Assembly: GCA_963767005.1 (NCBI GenBank)
Contig: CAVYCN010000002.1
Location: 544,001 to 608,000 of the forward strand
From: an uncultured Actinomycetes bacterium
GTDB taxonomy: Bacteria > Actinomycetota > Thermoleophilia > UBA2241
Direction: 5' to 3'
DNA: 64,000 nucleotides
Positions 1 to 12,674 of this stretch are shown here, in pieces. The first letter of the stretch is position 1. The number at the start of each line of letters is the position of its first letter. Made by a program: the position numbers and the translations under genes. A model generated the notes under the pieces. The model was not told the origin of the DNA. It was given only the letters and a program-made list of their open reading frames with translations, and did no database searches.

Positions 1-1057
1 GCGCGCGCCGCACCTCGACCCGCGCCCCGCGCCGCGCCGCGAGCACGGCGGCGAGCTCGGCCGTGCCTTCGTCGAGCGGCACGATCACCTGACCGGGGAT
101 GCTCACCCCGTCGCCGTAGTAGCCCAGCGCGAACTCCTCGACCACGTCGCGCGCCTCGCGGTCGGCCGTGTTCTCGACGAAGAACGTCTGGCGATCGACC
201 AGCGCGCCGTCGCGCACCCTGAAGACCTGCAGGTTGCCGCCGGGCTCGCCCTGCCAGAGGCCGAGCACGTCGAACGACCCGGCGCCCTCGCTCTCGACTG
301 CCTGGCGCTCCTGCACGTGACGCACCGCGTCGAGCCGGTCGCGCAGCAACGCCGCCTTCTCGAACTCGCGGGCGGCCGCGGCGGCTCGCATGTCGCGCTC
401 GATGCTGTGTTCGACGTCGGCCAGCTTGCCGCGCAGAAAGTCGATCACCTGGTCGATGACCTCGAGGTACTCGTCGCGCGAGACGCGATCGTCGCACGGT
501 CCGAGCGAGCGGTCGATGAAGTACTGCAGGCAGGGCGAGCCGCTCGGCCGGCCGGGCCGCTCCGCCTTGCACTTGCGGTACGGGAAGATGCGCCCGATCA
601 GCTCCAGCGTCTCGCGCACCTTGCGGGCGCTGGAGTAGGGCCCGAAGTAGAGGTTGCCCGGCACGTGGCGGCCGCGGAAGAAACGCACGCGCGGCCACTC
701 GTCGTTCAGCGTGATCTCGATGAACGGGTAGCTCTTGTCGTCGCGCAGGCGCAGGTTGAACGGCGGCCGCGCCTCCTTGATGAAGTTGTCCTCGAGGAGC
801 AGCGCCTCGGTCTCGGAGTGGGTCACGACGTAGTCGATGCTGCGCGCGCGCGAGACCATTTCGGCCGTACGCGCCAGCGGGGCGGCGGCGCCGCCCCGAA
901 AGTACGACGACAGGCGCTTGCGCAGGTCCTTGGCCTTGCCGACGTAGAGCACGTCGCCGGCCGCGTCGAGCCAGCGATAGACGCCGGGCGCGGCCGGCGC
1001 CCGACGGGCGATCTCGTGCAGCGCGGTCAGCGCGTCGTCTGAGCGTTCGTCGATCAT
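1..1057 (-). CDS. uvrC: Excinuclease ABC subunit C, N-terminal part (runs off the window start)
   Basis: Not in the ORF track. Manual minus-strand translation from ATG at 1057 gives MIDERSDDALTALHEIARRAPAAPGVYRWLDAAGDVLYVGKAKDLRKRLSSYF, the GIY-YIG motif of UvrC. It lies directly downstream of uvrA. Confidence 0.95.
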   Translation of the reverse strand, partial: MIDERSDDALTALHEIARRAPAAPGVYRWLDAAGDVLYVGKAKDLRKRLSSYFRGGAAAPLARTAEMVSRARSIDYVVTHSETEALLLEDNFIKEARPPFNLRLRDDKSYPFIEITLNDEWPRVRFFRGRHVPGNLYFGPYSSARKVRETLELIGRIFPYRKCKAERPGRPSGSPCLQYFIDRSLGPCDDRVSRDEYLEVIDQVIDFLRGKLADVEHSIERDMRAAAAAREFEKAALLRDRLDAVRHVQERQAVESEGAGSFDVLGLWQGEPGGNLQVFRVRDGALVDRQTFFVENTADREARDVVEEFALGYYGDGVSIPGQVIVPLDEGTAELAAVLAARRGARVEVRRA

Positions 1058-1145
1058 GTCTCGGGGACGATTATCGCACCGCGCCGCGGGACCGCGCGCT
1101 ACGCGAGCGGCCGAGCCGTCTCGCGGCCGCCCCGCCGGTCGCCGG

Positions 1146-4094
<2,949 letters not shown>

Positions 4095-4255
4095 GAAGGC
4101 AGTGTCACTCCAGTCGGTCGGAAACGAACGGCGACGGGCCCGCGCCGACGGGCAGCGGGCCGGCCGGCACGGGGTCGGGATCGCGCCAAGCGATGCGCGC
4201 CGGCGCGCCGGCGGGAGAGATAGGTGGTCATGGTCGCCGCCCCGGCCAAGGCACG

Positions 4256-6271
4256 TCAGCCAACCGCGGCCTCCCTTCGAGAGAGCTCCTTGCCGAGCTC
4301 CCTGATCTCGTCGCGCAGCTTGGCCGCGTACTCGAACTTGAGCTGGTCGGCGGCGGCGAACATCTCGGCCTCGAGGTTCGTGATGAGCTTCTCGAGGTCG
4401 GCGACCGGCATGGCCGCGCGCTCGCCGGCCGGGCGCTGACCGCGACGCCGCCCCTTGGGCGTGGCCGCCTGCTGCGAGCTCATCTGGGCGATGTCGGTGA
4501 CCGCCTTGACGATACTGCGCGGCGTGATGCCGTGGTCGTCATTGTAGGCCATCTGCCGGCCGCGGCGGCGGTTCGTCTCGTCGATCGCGCTGCGCATGGC
4601 CTCGGTCACGCGGTCGGCGTACATGACGACCGTGCCGTTCACGTTGCGGGCCGCCCGGCCGATCGTCTGGATGAGGCTCGTCTGGCCGCGCAGGAAGCCC
4701 TCCTTGTCGGCGTCGAGGATGGCGACGAGCGTGACCTCGGGCATGTCGATGCCCTCGCGCAGCAGGTTGATGCCGACCAGGATGTCGAATTCGCCGAGGC
4801 GCAGCTCACGCACGATCTCGAGGCGCTGCAGCGTGTCGATCTCGCTGTGCAGGTAGCGCACGCGGAAGCCGTTCTCGACGAGGTAGTCGGTGAGGTCCTC
4901 GGCCATGCGTTTGGTGAGCGTGGTCACCAGCACGCGCTCGTCGCGCTCGATACGCCGCCGCGCCTCGTTCATGAGGTCGTCGATCTGGCCGGTCGTGGGT
5001 CGCACCTCGACCTGGGGGTCGACGAGGCCGGTCGGACGGATGATCTGCTCGGCGATGTTGACGCTCTCGCGCAGCTCGAACGGTCCGGGCGTGGCGGACA
5101 CGAAGACGATCTGGGGCACCTTGGTGATGAACTCGTCGAAGCGCAGCGGCCGGTTGTCGAGGGCGCTCGGCAGGCGGAAGCCGTAGTCGACCAGTGTCTG
5201 CTTGCGCGAGCGGTCGCCTTCGTACATGCCGTGGATCTGGGGCACCGTCATGTGCGACTCGTCGATGAACACGAGGTAGTCGTCGGGGAAGAAGTCGAGC
5301 AGGCAGTTGGGGGTGGCCCCGGGCTGCTTGCCGAGCAGGATGCGCGAGTAGTTCTCGATGCCGTTGCAGAAGCCCATCTCGCGCAGCATCTCCATGTCGT
5401 ACTGGGTGCGCTGGCGCAGGCGGTGCGATTCGAGCACCTTGCCGTGCTCGTCGAACCACGCGCAGCGCTCGTCGAGCTCGCGCCGCATCTCGGTCAGCGC
5501 CCGCTCGATCGCGGGGCCGCTCGTGACGAAGTGCGTCGCCGGGTACACAGCGACGTAGGCCGGCTTGTCGACGACTTCGCCGCTCACCGGGTCGTAGCGC
5601 ACGATGGTCTCGATCTCGTCGCCCCAGAGCTCGACCCGCAGGAGCGTGTCCTCGTCGGCCGGCCAGACTTCGAACGAGTCGCCCCGCACGCGGAACTTGC
5701 CGCGCGTGGGCTCGTAGTCGTTGCGCTGGTACTGGATGTCGACCAGCTTGCGCAGCACGGCGTCGCGGTCGATGTGGTCGCCGGTGCGCAGCAGCACGAC
5801 GCTCTGCAGGTAGTCGTCGGGCGAGCCCAGACCGAAGATGCAGCTCACGCTCGCCACGATCACGGTATCGCGTCGCATGAGCAGCGCGTTGGTGGCGGCG
5901 TGGCGCAGCCGGTCGATCTCGTCGTTGATCGACGAGTCCTTCTCGATGTAGAGGTCCTGCTGAGGCACGTAGGCTTCGGGCTGGTAGTAGTCGTAATAGC
6001 TCACGAAGTACTCGACCGCGCTGCCCGGCAGGAACTCGCGGAACTCGTTGCAGAGCTGCGCCGCGAGCGTCTTGTTGTGGGCGATCACGAGCGTCGGCTT
6101 GCGCGCCCGGGCGATGACGTTGGCCATGGTGAAGGTCTTGCCGGAGCCGGTGACGCCGAGCAGGGTCTGGAACCGGTCGCCGCGGGCCACGCCGGCGGTC
6201 AGGCTGTCGACGGCCTGCGGCTGGTCGCCGGTCAGCGCATACCCGGCCTCGATCTGGAAGGTATCGGTCAC
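4256..6271 (-). CDS. uvrB: Excinuclease ABC subunit B
   Basis: [28 protein letters not shown] and a C-terminal UVR domain ([11 protein letters not shown]). Start placed at GTG 6271 because the ORF-track extension to 6514 overlaps the next gene. Confidence 0.98.
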   Translation of the reverse strand: MTDTFQIEAGYALTGDQPQAVDSLTAGVARGDRFQTLLGVTGSGKTFTMANVIARARKPTLVIAHNKTLAAQLCNEFREFLPGSAVEYFVSYYDYYQPEAYVPQQDLYIEKDSSINDEIDRLRHAATNALLMRRDTVIVASVSCIFGLGSPDDYLQSVVLLRTGDHIDRDAVLRKLVDIQYQRNDYEPTRGKFRVRGDSFEVWPADEDTLLRVELWGDEIETIVRYDPVSGEVVDKPAYVAVYPATHFVTSGPAIERALTEMRRELDERCAWFDEHGKVLESHRLRQRTQYDMEMLREMGFCNGIENYSRILLGKQPGATPNCLLDFFPDDYLVFIDESHMTVPQIHGMYEGDRSRKQTLVDYGFRLPSALDNRPLRFDEFITKVPQIVFVSATPGPFELRESVNIAEQIIRPTGLVDPQVEVRPTTGQIDDLMNEARRRIERDERVLVTTLTKRMAEDLTDYLVENGFRVRYLHSEIDTLQRLEIVRELRLGEFDILVGINLLREGIDMPEVTLVAILDADKEGFLRGQTSLIQTIGRAARNVNGTVVMYADRVTEAMRSAIDETNRRRGRQMAYNDDHGITPRSIVKAVTDIAQMSSQQAATPKGRRRGQRPAGERAAMPVADLEKLITNLEAEMFAAADQLKFEYAAKLRDEIRELGKELSRREAAVG

Positions 6272-6369
6272 GTGGTCGTCTTTCGTGTCGCGCGCGCCGC
6301 GGCCGTACGCCCGGCCGCGGCAAGATGCTAGCAGAGCGAACGTACGTTCGCAATGCCCGCCGTGACGGC

Positions 6370-6951
6370 TCAGCCCCCGGGCGGCGGGCCGAGGCTCGAC
6401 CCCCACGCGCGCCGGTACGTTTTCTGCAAGTCGAGCACGGCGGCGACGTAGTCGCGCGTCTCGCTGAACGGGATCTCCGCCGTCGTGAGCTTGCCCCCCG
6501 TGACCGACAGCCACGCATCGACGTTGGCCTGACCGGCGTTGTAGGCGGCGATCGCGGCGACCATCGCGCCGTGATAGTGATCCAGCAACTCGCGCAGGTA
6601 GTAGCAGCCGTACAGGACGTTGACCCGCGGATCGGTGAGGTCGGTGACGACGAAGTCGGTGCCGCCCGTCTTGCGCGCGATCTCCTGAGCCGTCGAGGGC
6701 AGGACCTGCATGAGGCCGACAGCGCCCTGGTGCGAGCTCACGTCGTCGCGGAAGTGGCTCTCCTCATAGATGACCGCGGCCACGAGAGCCGGGTCGAGCC
6801 GGTTACGCGCGGCCGCCGCGTGGATCGCGTCGACGTGCGAGAGCGGGTAGACGATGCGCAGGTACCAGGCGGGCCGGGCCGCCGCCAGCACGCCCCAGGT
6901 CAGCGCCAGCGCCGCGACGGCGAGGCCGACGATGAGCAGGCCGCGACGCAC
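6370..6951 (-). CDS. Soluble lytic transglycosylase (SLT domain) with N-terminal membrane anchor
   Basis: [28 protein letters not shown] and PFSETRDYV motifs; hydrophobic N-terminus. Confidence 0.92.
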   Translation of the reverse strand: MRRGLLIVGLAVAALALTWGVLAAARPAWYLRIVYPLSHVDAIHAAAARNRLDPALVAAVIYEESHFRDDVSSHQGAVGLMQVLPSTAQEIARKTGGTDFVVTDLTDPRVNVLYGCYYLRELLDHYHGAMVAAIAAYNAGQANVDAWLSVTGGKLTTAEIPFSETRDYVAAVLDLQKTYRRAWGSSLGPPPGG

Positions 6952-6954
6952 CCG

Positions 6955-7599
6955 TTAGCGGGTCGGCGAGTCGTCCCGCCGGCCCCCTTCCGCGAGGATG
7001 GTCGCGTAGATCTCCCCGACGTAGCGCCGCAGGTTCTCGCGGCTGCCCACGTTCTCGACCACGAAGTCGCTGCGCGCCGCCTTCTCTTCTTCGGACAGTT
7101 GCCGCGCCGCCCGCCGCGTGAACTCCTCGGCCGTCACCTTGGCGGACAGGCGCCGCCGGCGTGCGGCCTCGGGCGCCGTCACGAGCAGGATGTAGTCGAA
7201 GATGTCGGCCATGTCGGTCTCGAAGAGCAGCGGCACCTCGGCGACGAGCAGCGCCGGCCGCGGCCGGCGCGCCTCCTGCTCGCGGGCCCAGTCGTCGATC
7301 AGGCGCTTGACGTGGGGGTGGAGCAGGCTCTCGAGCCAGACGAGCTCGCCGGCGTCGTTGAAGACGATGCTGGCGAGCGCCGGTCGGTCGACCTGCTCGT
7401 CGTCGAGCACGTCGCCGCCGAAGTGGCGCTCGACGCGCGCGATGATGGCTTGCTCCTCGAGCAGGTGGTGGACGAGCTCGTCGGCCGATACGACGGCGGC
7501 CCCCAGCTCGGCCAGGAAGGCCGTGGCCGTCGACTTCCCGGAGCCGATGCCGCCGGTCACGCCGAGCCGCGGGACGCGGCGCGCCGTGCTCGCGGCGAT
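6955..7599 (-). CDS. coaE: Dephospho-CoA kinase (start codon uncertain)
   Basis: LGVTGGIGSGKST P-loop, DRPALASIVF, LLHPHV and EVPLLFE. No ATG/GTG lies between the rpsA stop and GTG 7560, so the start given (ATC 7599) is approximate. Confidence 0.92.
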   Translation of the reverse strand: MAASTARRVPRLGVTGGIGSGKSTATAFLAELGAAVVSADELVHHLLEEQAIIARVERHFGGDVLDDEQVDRPALASIVFNDAGELVWLESLLHPHVKRLIDDWAREQEARRPRPALLVAEVPLLFETDMADIFDYILLVTAPEAARRRRLSAKVTAEEFTRRAARQLSEEEKAARSDFVVENVGSRENLRRYVGEIYATILAEGGRRDDSPTR

Positions 7600-7608
7600 G
7601 CCGGTCGT

Positions 7609-7644
7609 GCGGACGGCGCGGCGCTCGCGCGCCGCGCCGTCCGC
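7609..7644 (-). terminator. 16-bp GC hairpin just downstream of rpsA (terminator or mRNA-stabilising stem)
   Basis: Minus strand GCGGACGGCGCGGCGC-GCGA-GCGCCGCGCCGTCCGC, a perfect stem with a GNRA loop and no U-tract. Confidence 0.5.
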
Positions 7645-7663
7645 CGACCGGATCGCCTGATCG

Positions 7664-9193
7664 TCAGTCCTCGACCGGCTCGTCGGAGGCCTCGCCGTCG
7701 GCGGCCTCGTCGGCCGCGTCGTCGGCACGCCGCTCGGCACCCGCCGGGAACACCTCATCGGAGAGGCCCAGGGTCGGCGTGTCCTCGACCACGGCGGGTT
7801 CGTCGTCGGGCGTCTCGACGGCCTCGGCCGGCTCGTCGGCCGACTGCTCGACATCGACCACCGCGACCGGCTCGGTCTCGACCGCCGCCTCGGCCTCCTC
7901 GGCGACCGCGGCCTGCTCCTCGGCCTCCTCGACGTCCTCGGCCTCGGGCTCGACGTCCTCGGCGACCTCGGTCTCGAGCTCGACGTCCCCGGCCTCGGGC
8001 TCGACGTCCTCGGCCGTATCGGGCTCGACCCGCCGCATGGGCTCGACCTGCTGGCCCTCGACGCGCTTGATGGAGAGGCTCAGGCGGCGCCGGTCGGAGT
8101 CGATCTCGATGACCTTGACCTGCACCTGCTGGCTGACGGAGACGACTTCGTCGGGACGCTCGACGTGACGGTTGGCGAGCTCCGAGATGTGGACGAGGCC
8201 CTCGATGCCCTCGTAGATCTCGACGAACGCGCCGAAGGCCACGATCTTGGTGACGCGGCCCTGCACGACGTCGCCGATACGGTGCTCGGCCACGATCTTC
8301 TGCCACGGGTCTTCCTGGGTCTGCTTGAGGCCCAGGCTGATGCGCTGGCGGTCGCGGTCGATGTCCAGGACCTTGACCTTGACCTCCTGGTTGACCTGCA
8401 GCACCTCGGACGGGTGGTTGATGTGCGTCCAGGACAGCTCGGAGATGTGGATGAGGCCGTCGATGCCGTCGAGGTCAACGAACGCGCCGAAGTCGACGAT
8501 GTTCGAGATGGTGCCCGTGACGATGTCGCCGACGTTGAGCTCGTCGATGATCTGCTGACGGACCTCTTTGCGCTCCTCCTCGAGGACCGCGCGGCGCGAG
8601 AGCACGACGTTGTTGCGGTTGCGGTTCATCTCGATGACGCGACAGGAGAGCTCCTGACCGACGTACTCGGAGAGGTCCTGGACACGGCGGATGTCGACGA
8701 GCGAGGCCGGCAGGAAGCCGCGTACGCCGAGGTCGAGGATCAGCCCGCCCTTGACGACCTCGATGACCGTGCCCTGGACCGGCACGCCACTCTCGTGCGC
8801 CTCTTCGATGCGCTTCCAGGCCTTCTCGAAGCGGGCCCGCTTCTTGGACAGGATCAGGCGCCCGTCGGCGTCCTCTTTCTGCATGACGAGCGCGTCGATC
8901 TCCTCGCCGAGCTGGACCTCTTCGGAGGTGTTGACCGACTTGCGGATCGAGAGCTCGCTGACGGGGATGACGCCTTCGGACTTGTAGCCGATGTCGACCA
9001 GGACCTCGTCCTTGTCGATGCGGACCACGTGGCCCGTCACGATGTCGCCCTCGCCGAAGATGTTGATGGTGAGGTCGTAGTTGGGGACGATCTGCCCGTC
9101 GACCTCGGTGAGGTAGCCCTCGCTCTCGGCGATGATGCGGGCGTTCTCGGCGGAGATCTGGGTGGGGGCGGCTTCTTGGGTGTCTTCGGTCAT
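7664..9193 (-). CDS. rpsA: 30S ribosomal protein S1 with acidic low-complexity C-terminal tail
   Basis: Four S1 repeats (VDIGYKSEGVIP, GFLPASLVD, and two FGAFV..GL(I/V)HISEL), the four-domain type of Gram-positive bacteria. Confidence 0.97.
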   Translation of the reverse strand: MTEDTQEAAPTQISAENARIIAESEGYLTEVDGQIVPNYDLTINIFGEGDIVTGHVVRIDKDEVLVDIGYKSEGVIPVSELSIRKSVNTSEEVQLGEEIDALVMQKEDADGRLILSKKRARFEKAWKRIEEAHESGVPVQGTVIEVVKGGLILDLGVRGFLPASLVDIRRVQDLSEYVGQELSCRVIEMNRNRNNVVLSRRAVLEEERKEVRQQIIDELNVGDIVTGTISNIVDFGAFVDLDGIDGLIHISELSWTHINHPSEVLQVNQEVKVKVLDIDRDRQRISLGLKQTQEDPWQKIVAEHRIGDVVQGRVTKIVAFGAFVEIYEGIEGLVHISELANRHVERPDEVVSVSQQVQVKVIEIDSDRRRLSLSIKRVEGQQVEPMRRVEPDTAEDVEPEAGDVELETEVAEDVEPEAEDVEEAEEQAAVAEEAEAAVETEPVAVVDVEQSADEPAEAVETPDDEPAVVEDTPTLGLSDEVFPAGAERRADDAADEAADGEASDEPVED

Positions 9194-9296
9194 GTCGGTC
9201 GCTTGCCTTCCTTTCCGGCGTGCACAGGCGGTCCGTCGCTTTCCGGAGGTTGAGCCGGCGACCCAGCTGGACCGTGAAGGGTCGCCAAACTTAGGG

Positions 9297-9305
9297 ATTG
9301 TACCA
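9297..9305 (-). promoter_or_regulatory. Extended -10 promoter element for rpsA
   Basis: Minus strand TGGTACAAT (TGnTACAAT) about 100 nt upstream of the rpsA ATG. The leader contains a GGCGACCC...GGGTCGCC stem and an AAGGAAGG RBS. Confidence 0.55.
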
Positions 9306-9403
9306 CCGGGCCCGATTTCGTCGCCAGGCAGACCAGCGTCGCGACGGCTCGCCTGTGCCGTCCGAGCCGAGGCCCCGCGCGGTCGCCGAGCGCCGCCGGC
9401 TCG

Positions 9404-12007
9404 CTACTTGGCCGCCAGCCAGGTGTCGCCCACGCCGATCGAGACGTCGAGCGGCGGCTCCATGGTGAAAGCGCCGCACATGGCGTCGCGCACGATCGGC
9501 AGGACGGGATCGACCTCGTCGTCGGGGCTCTCGAAGACCAGCTCGTCGTGGATCTGCAGCACGAGGCGCGTGATCAGGCCGGCCGCGGCGAAGGCCTTCG
9601 TCACGCGCAGCATCGCCACCTTGATGATATCGGCCGCGCTGCCCTGAAGCACGGCGTTGACGGCCAGGCGCTCGCCGAGCGAACGCTCGCGGAAGCTCGC
9701 GGCGCGCAGCTCGGGCACGGCCCGGCGGCGACCGAAGACGGTCGTCACGAAGCCGGCGTCGGTCGCCTCGGCGATCACCTTCTCGCGGAAGGCCTGCACC
9801 CGCGGGTAGCGCGCGAAGTAGGCATCGATGAAGGCCCTGGCCTCGTCGACCGGCATGTCGACCTGCTCGGACAGACCGAAGGCCGACAGGCCGTACATGA
9901 TGCCGAAGTTGGTCGCCTTGGCGCGCTCCCGCTGGGCCTTGGTGACCTGCTCCACCGGGATGCCGGCGACGGCCGCCGCCGTGACTCGGTGCACGTCCTC
10001 GCCGCGTTCGTAGGCGGCGATCAGGGCCGGCTCCTGGGCCAGGTAGGCCATGAGACGCAGCTCGATCTGCGAGTAGTCGGCGACGATCAGCCGCATGCCC
10101 TCGGCGGCGATGAAGCAGTCGCGGATCTGGCTGCCGAGCTCGGTGCGAATCGGGATGTTCTGCAGGTTGGGGTTCGTGCTCGACAGGCGGCCGGTCGAGG
10201 CGACCGTCTGGCGGAACGTGGTGTGCAGGCGGCCGGTGCGCGGGTCGATGCGCGCCGGCAGCGGCTCGAGGTAGGTGTTCACGAGCTTGGTGAGCTCGCG
10301 CCATTCTTCGACGAGCGGCACGAGCGGGTGCTGGTCGCGCAGCTGCCGCAGCACCCGCGCGTCGGTCGAGTAGCCCGTCTTGCCCTTGCGCATCGGCTGC
10401 AGGCCGAGGCGCGAGAACAGCACCTCGGCGAGCTGCTGGGGCGAGCCGACCGTGAACGGGCCGCCGGCGAGCTCGTACAAGCGGTCGCGCACCTCGTCGA
10501 TGCGGTCGCTCAGGCGCGCCGAGATCTCGCCGAGGCGGTGCGTGTCGATGGCCACGCCGACGGCCTCCATGCCGGCCAGCACGCGCACGAGCGGCAGCTC
10601 GATGTCGTGGAACAGCGTGTCGAGTCCGAGCTCGCCCAGCCGCACGCGCTGCTCGGCGGCCAGGCGCAGCGTCAGCACGGCCCGCGTGGCCGCCAGCGCC
10701 TCGAGGTGGGGGCCGTCGACCAGGTGCTCGGCGTCGGCCTGGGCGAGCGTGAAGAGGTCGTCCTCGGGCCGCTCCGGCTGGAGCAGGTAGGCGGCGATGT
10801 CGGTGTCAAAGGCGGGGTCGGCCGCCGCCGTCGGGAACTCGGGATACGACTTGGCGTCGTGAGCCACGACGTGCGGCGCCAGACGCCAGATGGCGCGCCA
10901 GTCGGCGCTGTCGAGACGGGCGGCGACGGCCTCGTCGCCGCCGTCTGCGACGGCGGCGACCCAGCCGTCGCCCTCGGGCACGAAGCCCACGGCTGCCGGC
11001 CCGCGCCCGAGGACGGCGAGCAGGGGCGCCGCGTCGGGCGCTACCACGAGGCGCGGGAAGGGGACGGCGGCGAGGCCGCCGGCCTCGCCGCCGTCCCCCG
11101 CTCCCTGCGCCGCTGCCATCTCGCGCAGGCGGCGTCCCAGGCTGTTGAACTCGAAGCGTCGGCAGAAGACCTCGGCCTCGCGATACGGCAGGGCATAGCC
11201 GGTCCGCCCGACGATTTTCACGATGTCCTCGTCGAGGGGCACGTCGAGCACCATGCAGGCGAGGTGCTTGGAGAGGCGCGCGGCCGGCTCGTGCTCGGCG
11301 AGCAGCGCGCGGCGCTTGTCGGAGCTGACCTCGCCGAGGCGCTCGTACAGGCTCTCGACCGTGCCGAACTGCTGCACGAGGGCGGCCGCCGTCTTGTCGC
11401 CGACACCCGGGATGCCGGGGATGTTGTCGGACGTGTCGCCCTTCAGGCCGATGAAGTCGGGGATCTGCGCCGGCGTCACCCCGAAGCGCTCGACCACCGC
11501 GGCCGGCGTGTAGATCTTGACGTCGGTGACGCCCCTGCCGGTGGTCACGACCCAGATGTCGTCGTCGACGATCTGCAGGGCGTCGCGGTCGCCGGTCACG
11601 ACGAGCGAGCGCCGGCCCTGGCGCTTGGCCTCTTCGGCGAGGGTGCCGAGGATGTCGTCGGCCTCGTACCCTTCCTTCAGCAGGTTGGGGATGCCGAAGG
11701 CGTCCATGAGTCCCGGCAGGTGCTCCCACTGCAGGGCGAGCGGGTCGGGCATCCGCGGCCGCTGCGCCTTGTAGCCGTCGAACTCCTCGTGGCGGAAGGT
11801 CTTCTCGCGCCCGTCCCAGGCCACGGCCACCGCCGACGGCTCGAACTCGGTGATGAGCTTGACGAGCATCTGGGCCAGGCCGAAGAGCGCGTTCGTGGGA
11901 AAGCCGTCCCGCGTGGCGATCGACTCGGGCAGCGCGAAGTAGGCCCGGTAGGCCAGGCTCGAGCCGTCAATGAGGATCAGGCGGTGCTTGACCGCGGCGT
12001 CGTCCAT
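9404..12007 (-). CDS. polA: DNA polymerase I
   Basis: 5'-3' exonuclease motifs (LIDGSSLAYRAYFA, YEADD, GDTSDNIPG) and polymerase motifs (TGRLSS..PNLQNIP, ADYSQIELR, KATNFGIMYG, LQIHDEL). Confidence 0.99.
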   Translation of the reverse strand: MDDAAVKHRLILIDGSSLAYRAYFALPESIATRDGFPTNALFGLAQMLVKLITEFEPSAVAVAWDGREKTFRHEEFDGYKAQRPRMPDPLALQWEHLPGLMDAFGIPNLLKEGYEADDILGTLAEEAKRQGRRSLVVTGDRDALQIVDDDIWVVTTGRGVTDVKIYTPAAVVERFGVTPAQIPDFIGLKGDTSDNIPGIPGVGDKTAAALVQQFGTVESLYERLGEVSSDKRRALLAEHEPAARLSKHLACMVLDVPLDEDIVKIVGRTGYALPYREAEVFCRRFEFNSLGRRLREMAAAQGAGDGGEAGGLAAVPFPRLVVAPDAAPLLAVLGRGPAAVGFVPEGDGWVAAVADGGDEAVAARLDSADWRAIWRLAPHVVAHDAKSYPEFPTAAADPAFDTDIAAYLLQPERPEDDLFTLAQADAEHLVDGPHLEALAATRAVLTLRLAAEQRVRLGELGLDTLFHDIELPLVRVLAGMEAVGVAIDTHRLGEISARLSDRIDEVRDRLYELAGGPFTVGSPQQLAEVLFSRLGLQPMRKGKTGYSTDARVLRQLRDQHPLVPLVEEWRELTKLVNTYLEPLPARIDPRTGRLHTTFRQTVASTGRLSSTNPNLQNIPIRTELGSQIRDCFIAAEGMRLIVADYSQIELRLMAYLAQEPALIAAYERGEDVHRVTAAAVAGIPVEQVTKAQRERAKATNFGIMYGLSAFGLSEQVDMPVDEARAFIDAYFARYPRVQAFREKVIAEATDAGFVTTVFGRRRAVPELRAASFRERSLGERLAVNAVLQGSAADIIKVAMLRVTKAFAAAGLITRLVLQIHDELVFESPDDEVDPVLPIVRDAMCGAFTMEPPLDVSIGVGDTWLAAK

Positions 12008-12166
12008 CGTCCGATTCTACCGCGCGCGCCGGCGCCGGCGCGGCGCGTGCGTCGATACCCGGCGCGGCGCCCGCCGCCGCACGTTCACCGTGGTGCATAC
12101 TTGGCGGGCAGAGCGGCGCGGCCCGCCGGGTGGCGCCGTCCCACCGCCGGCAAGGAGCGATGCGAC

Positions 12167-12598
12167 ATGGGCAGTCTCGAGTTCGCGACGGGCAGGACGA
12201 TCGTCGCCCGTCTCGCGCACGGCGCCGACCTTCTCGAGGAGATCGTCGGCCTGGCCGAGCGCCACGGCATCGAGGCGGCCGCGCTCCAGGGCCTCGGAGC
12301 CCTGCGGCGCGCCCGCCTGGCCTCGTACGACCAGGCGGCGCAGGCATACGCGGAGTTCGACCTGGACCGCCCGCTCGAGCTCACCTGCCTGGCCGGCAAC
12401 CTGTCGCGCCGCGACGGGGCGCCCGCGGCGCACGTGCACCTGACGCTCGCCGACCACGACGGCCGCGCCTGGGGCGGCCACGCCGCGCCCGGCTGCGTCG
12501 TCTTCGCCTGCGAGCTGATCGTGACCGAGCTCCTTGGTCCGGCCCTCGACCGCGCCTCCGACGAGGTCACCGGTCTGCCGCTCTGGCGCGGGCTGTAG
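12167..12598 (+). CDS. PPC domain (DUF296) putative DNA-binding protein
   Basis: C-terminal part of ORF 9548..12598 from ATG 12167 after AAGGAG. Motifs RLAHGADLLEEI, ELTCLAGNLS, HVHLTLAD and GGH. Confidence 0.85.
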   Translation: MGSLEFATGRTIVARLAHGADLLEEIVGLAERHGIEAAALQGLGALRRARLASYDQAAQAYAEFDLDRPLELTCLAGNLSRRDGAPAAHVHLTLADHDGRAWGGHAAPGCVVFACELIVTELLGPALDRASDEVTGLPLWRGL

Positions 12599-12633
12599 GC
12601 GGAAGACCGCGACGGCTGCGGCGGCCAGTCGGT

Positions 12634-12674
12634 GCCACCTGATCCGGCGCCGCCGCGCCGCCGGATCAGGTGGC
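12634..12674. terminator. Inverted repeat between convergent genes (possible bidirectional terminator)
   Basis: GCCACCTGATCCGGCG-N9-CGCCGGATCAGGTGGC with perfect 16-bp arms, overlapping the stop of the PAS gene. Confidence 0.55.

Noticed and set aside
7664-8030. Acidic AEDVEPEA-type repeats in the S1 tail, and similarly the Pro-rich tail at 27187-27600
   Set aside because: These are ordinary low-complexity protein tails with no sign of a separate function.
6955-9193. RpsA-CoaE fusion by readthrough
   Set aside because: The two genes are in different frames and I saw no slippery site.
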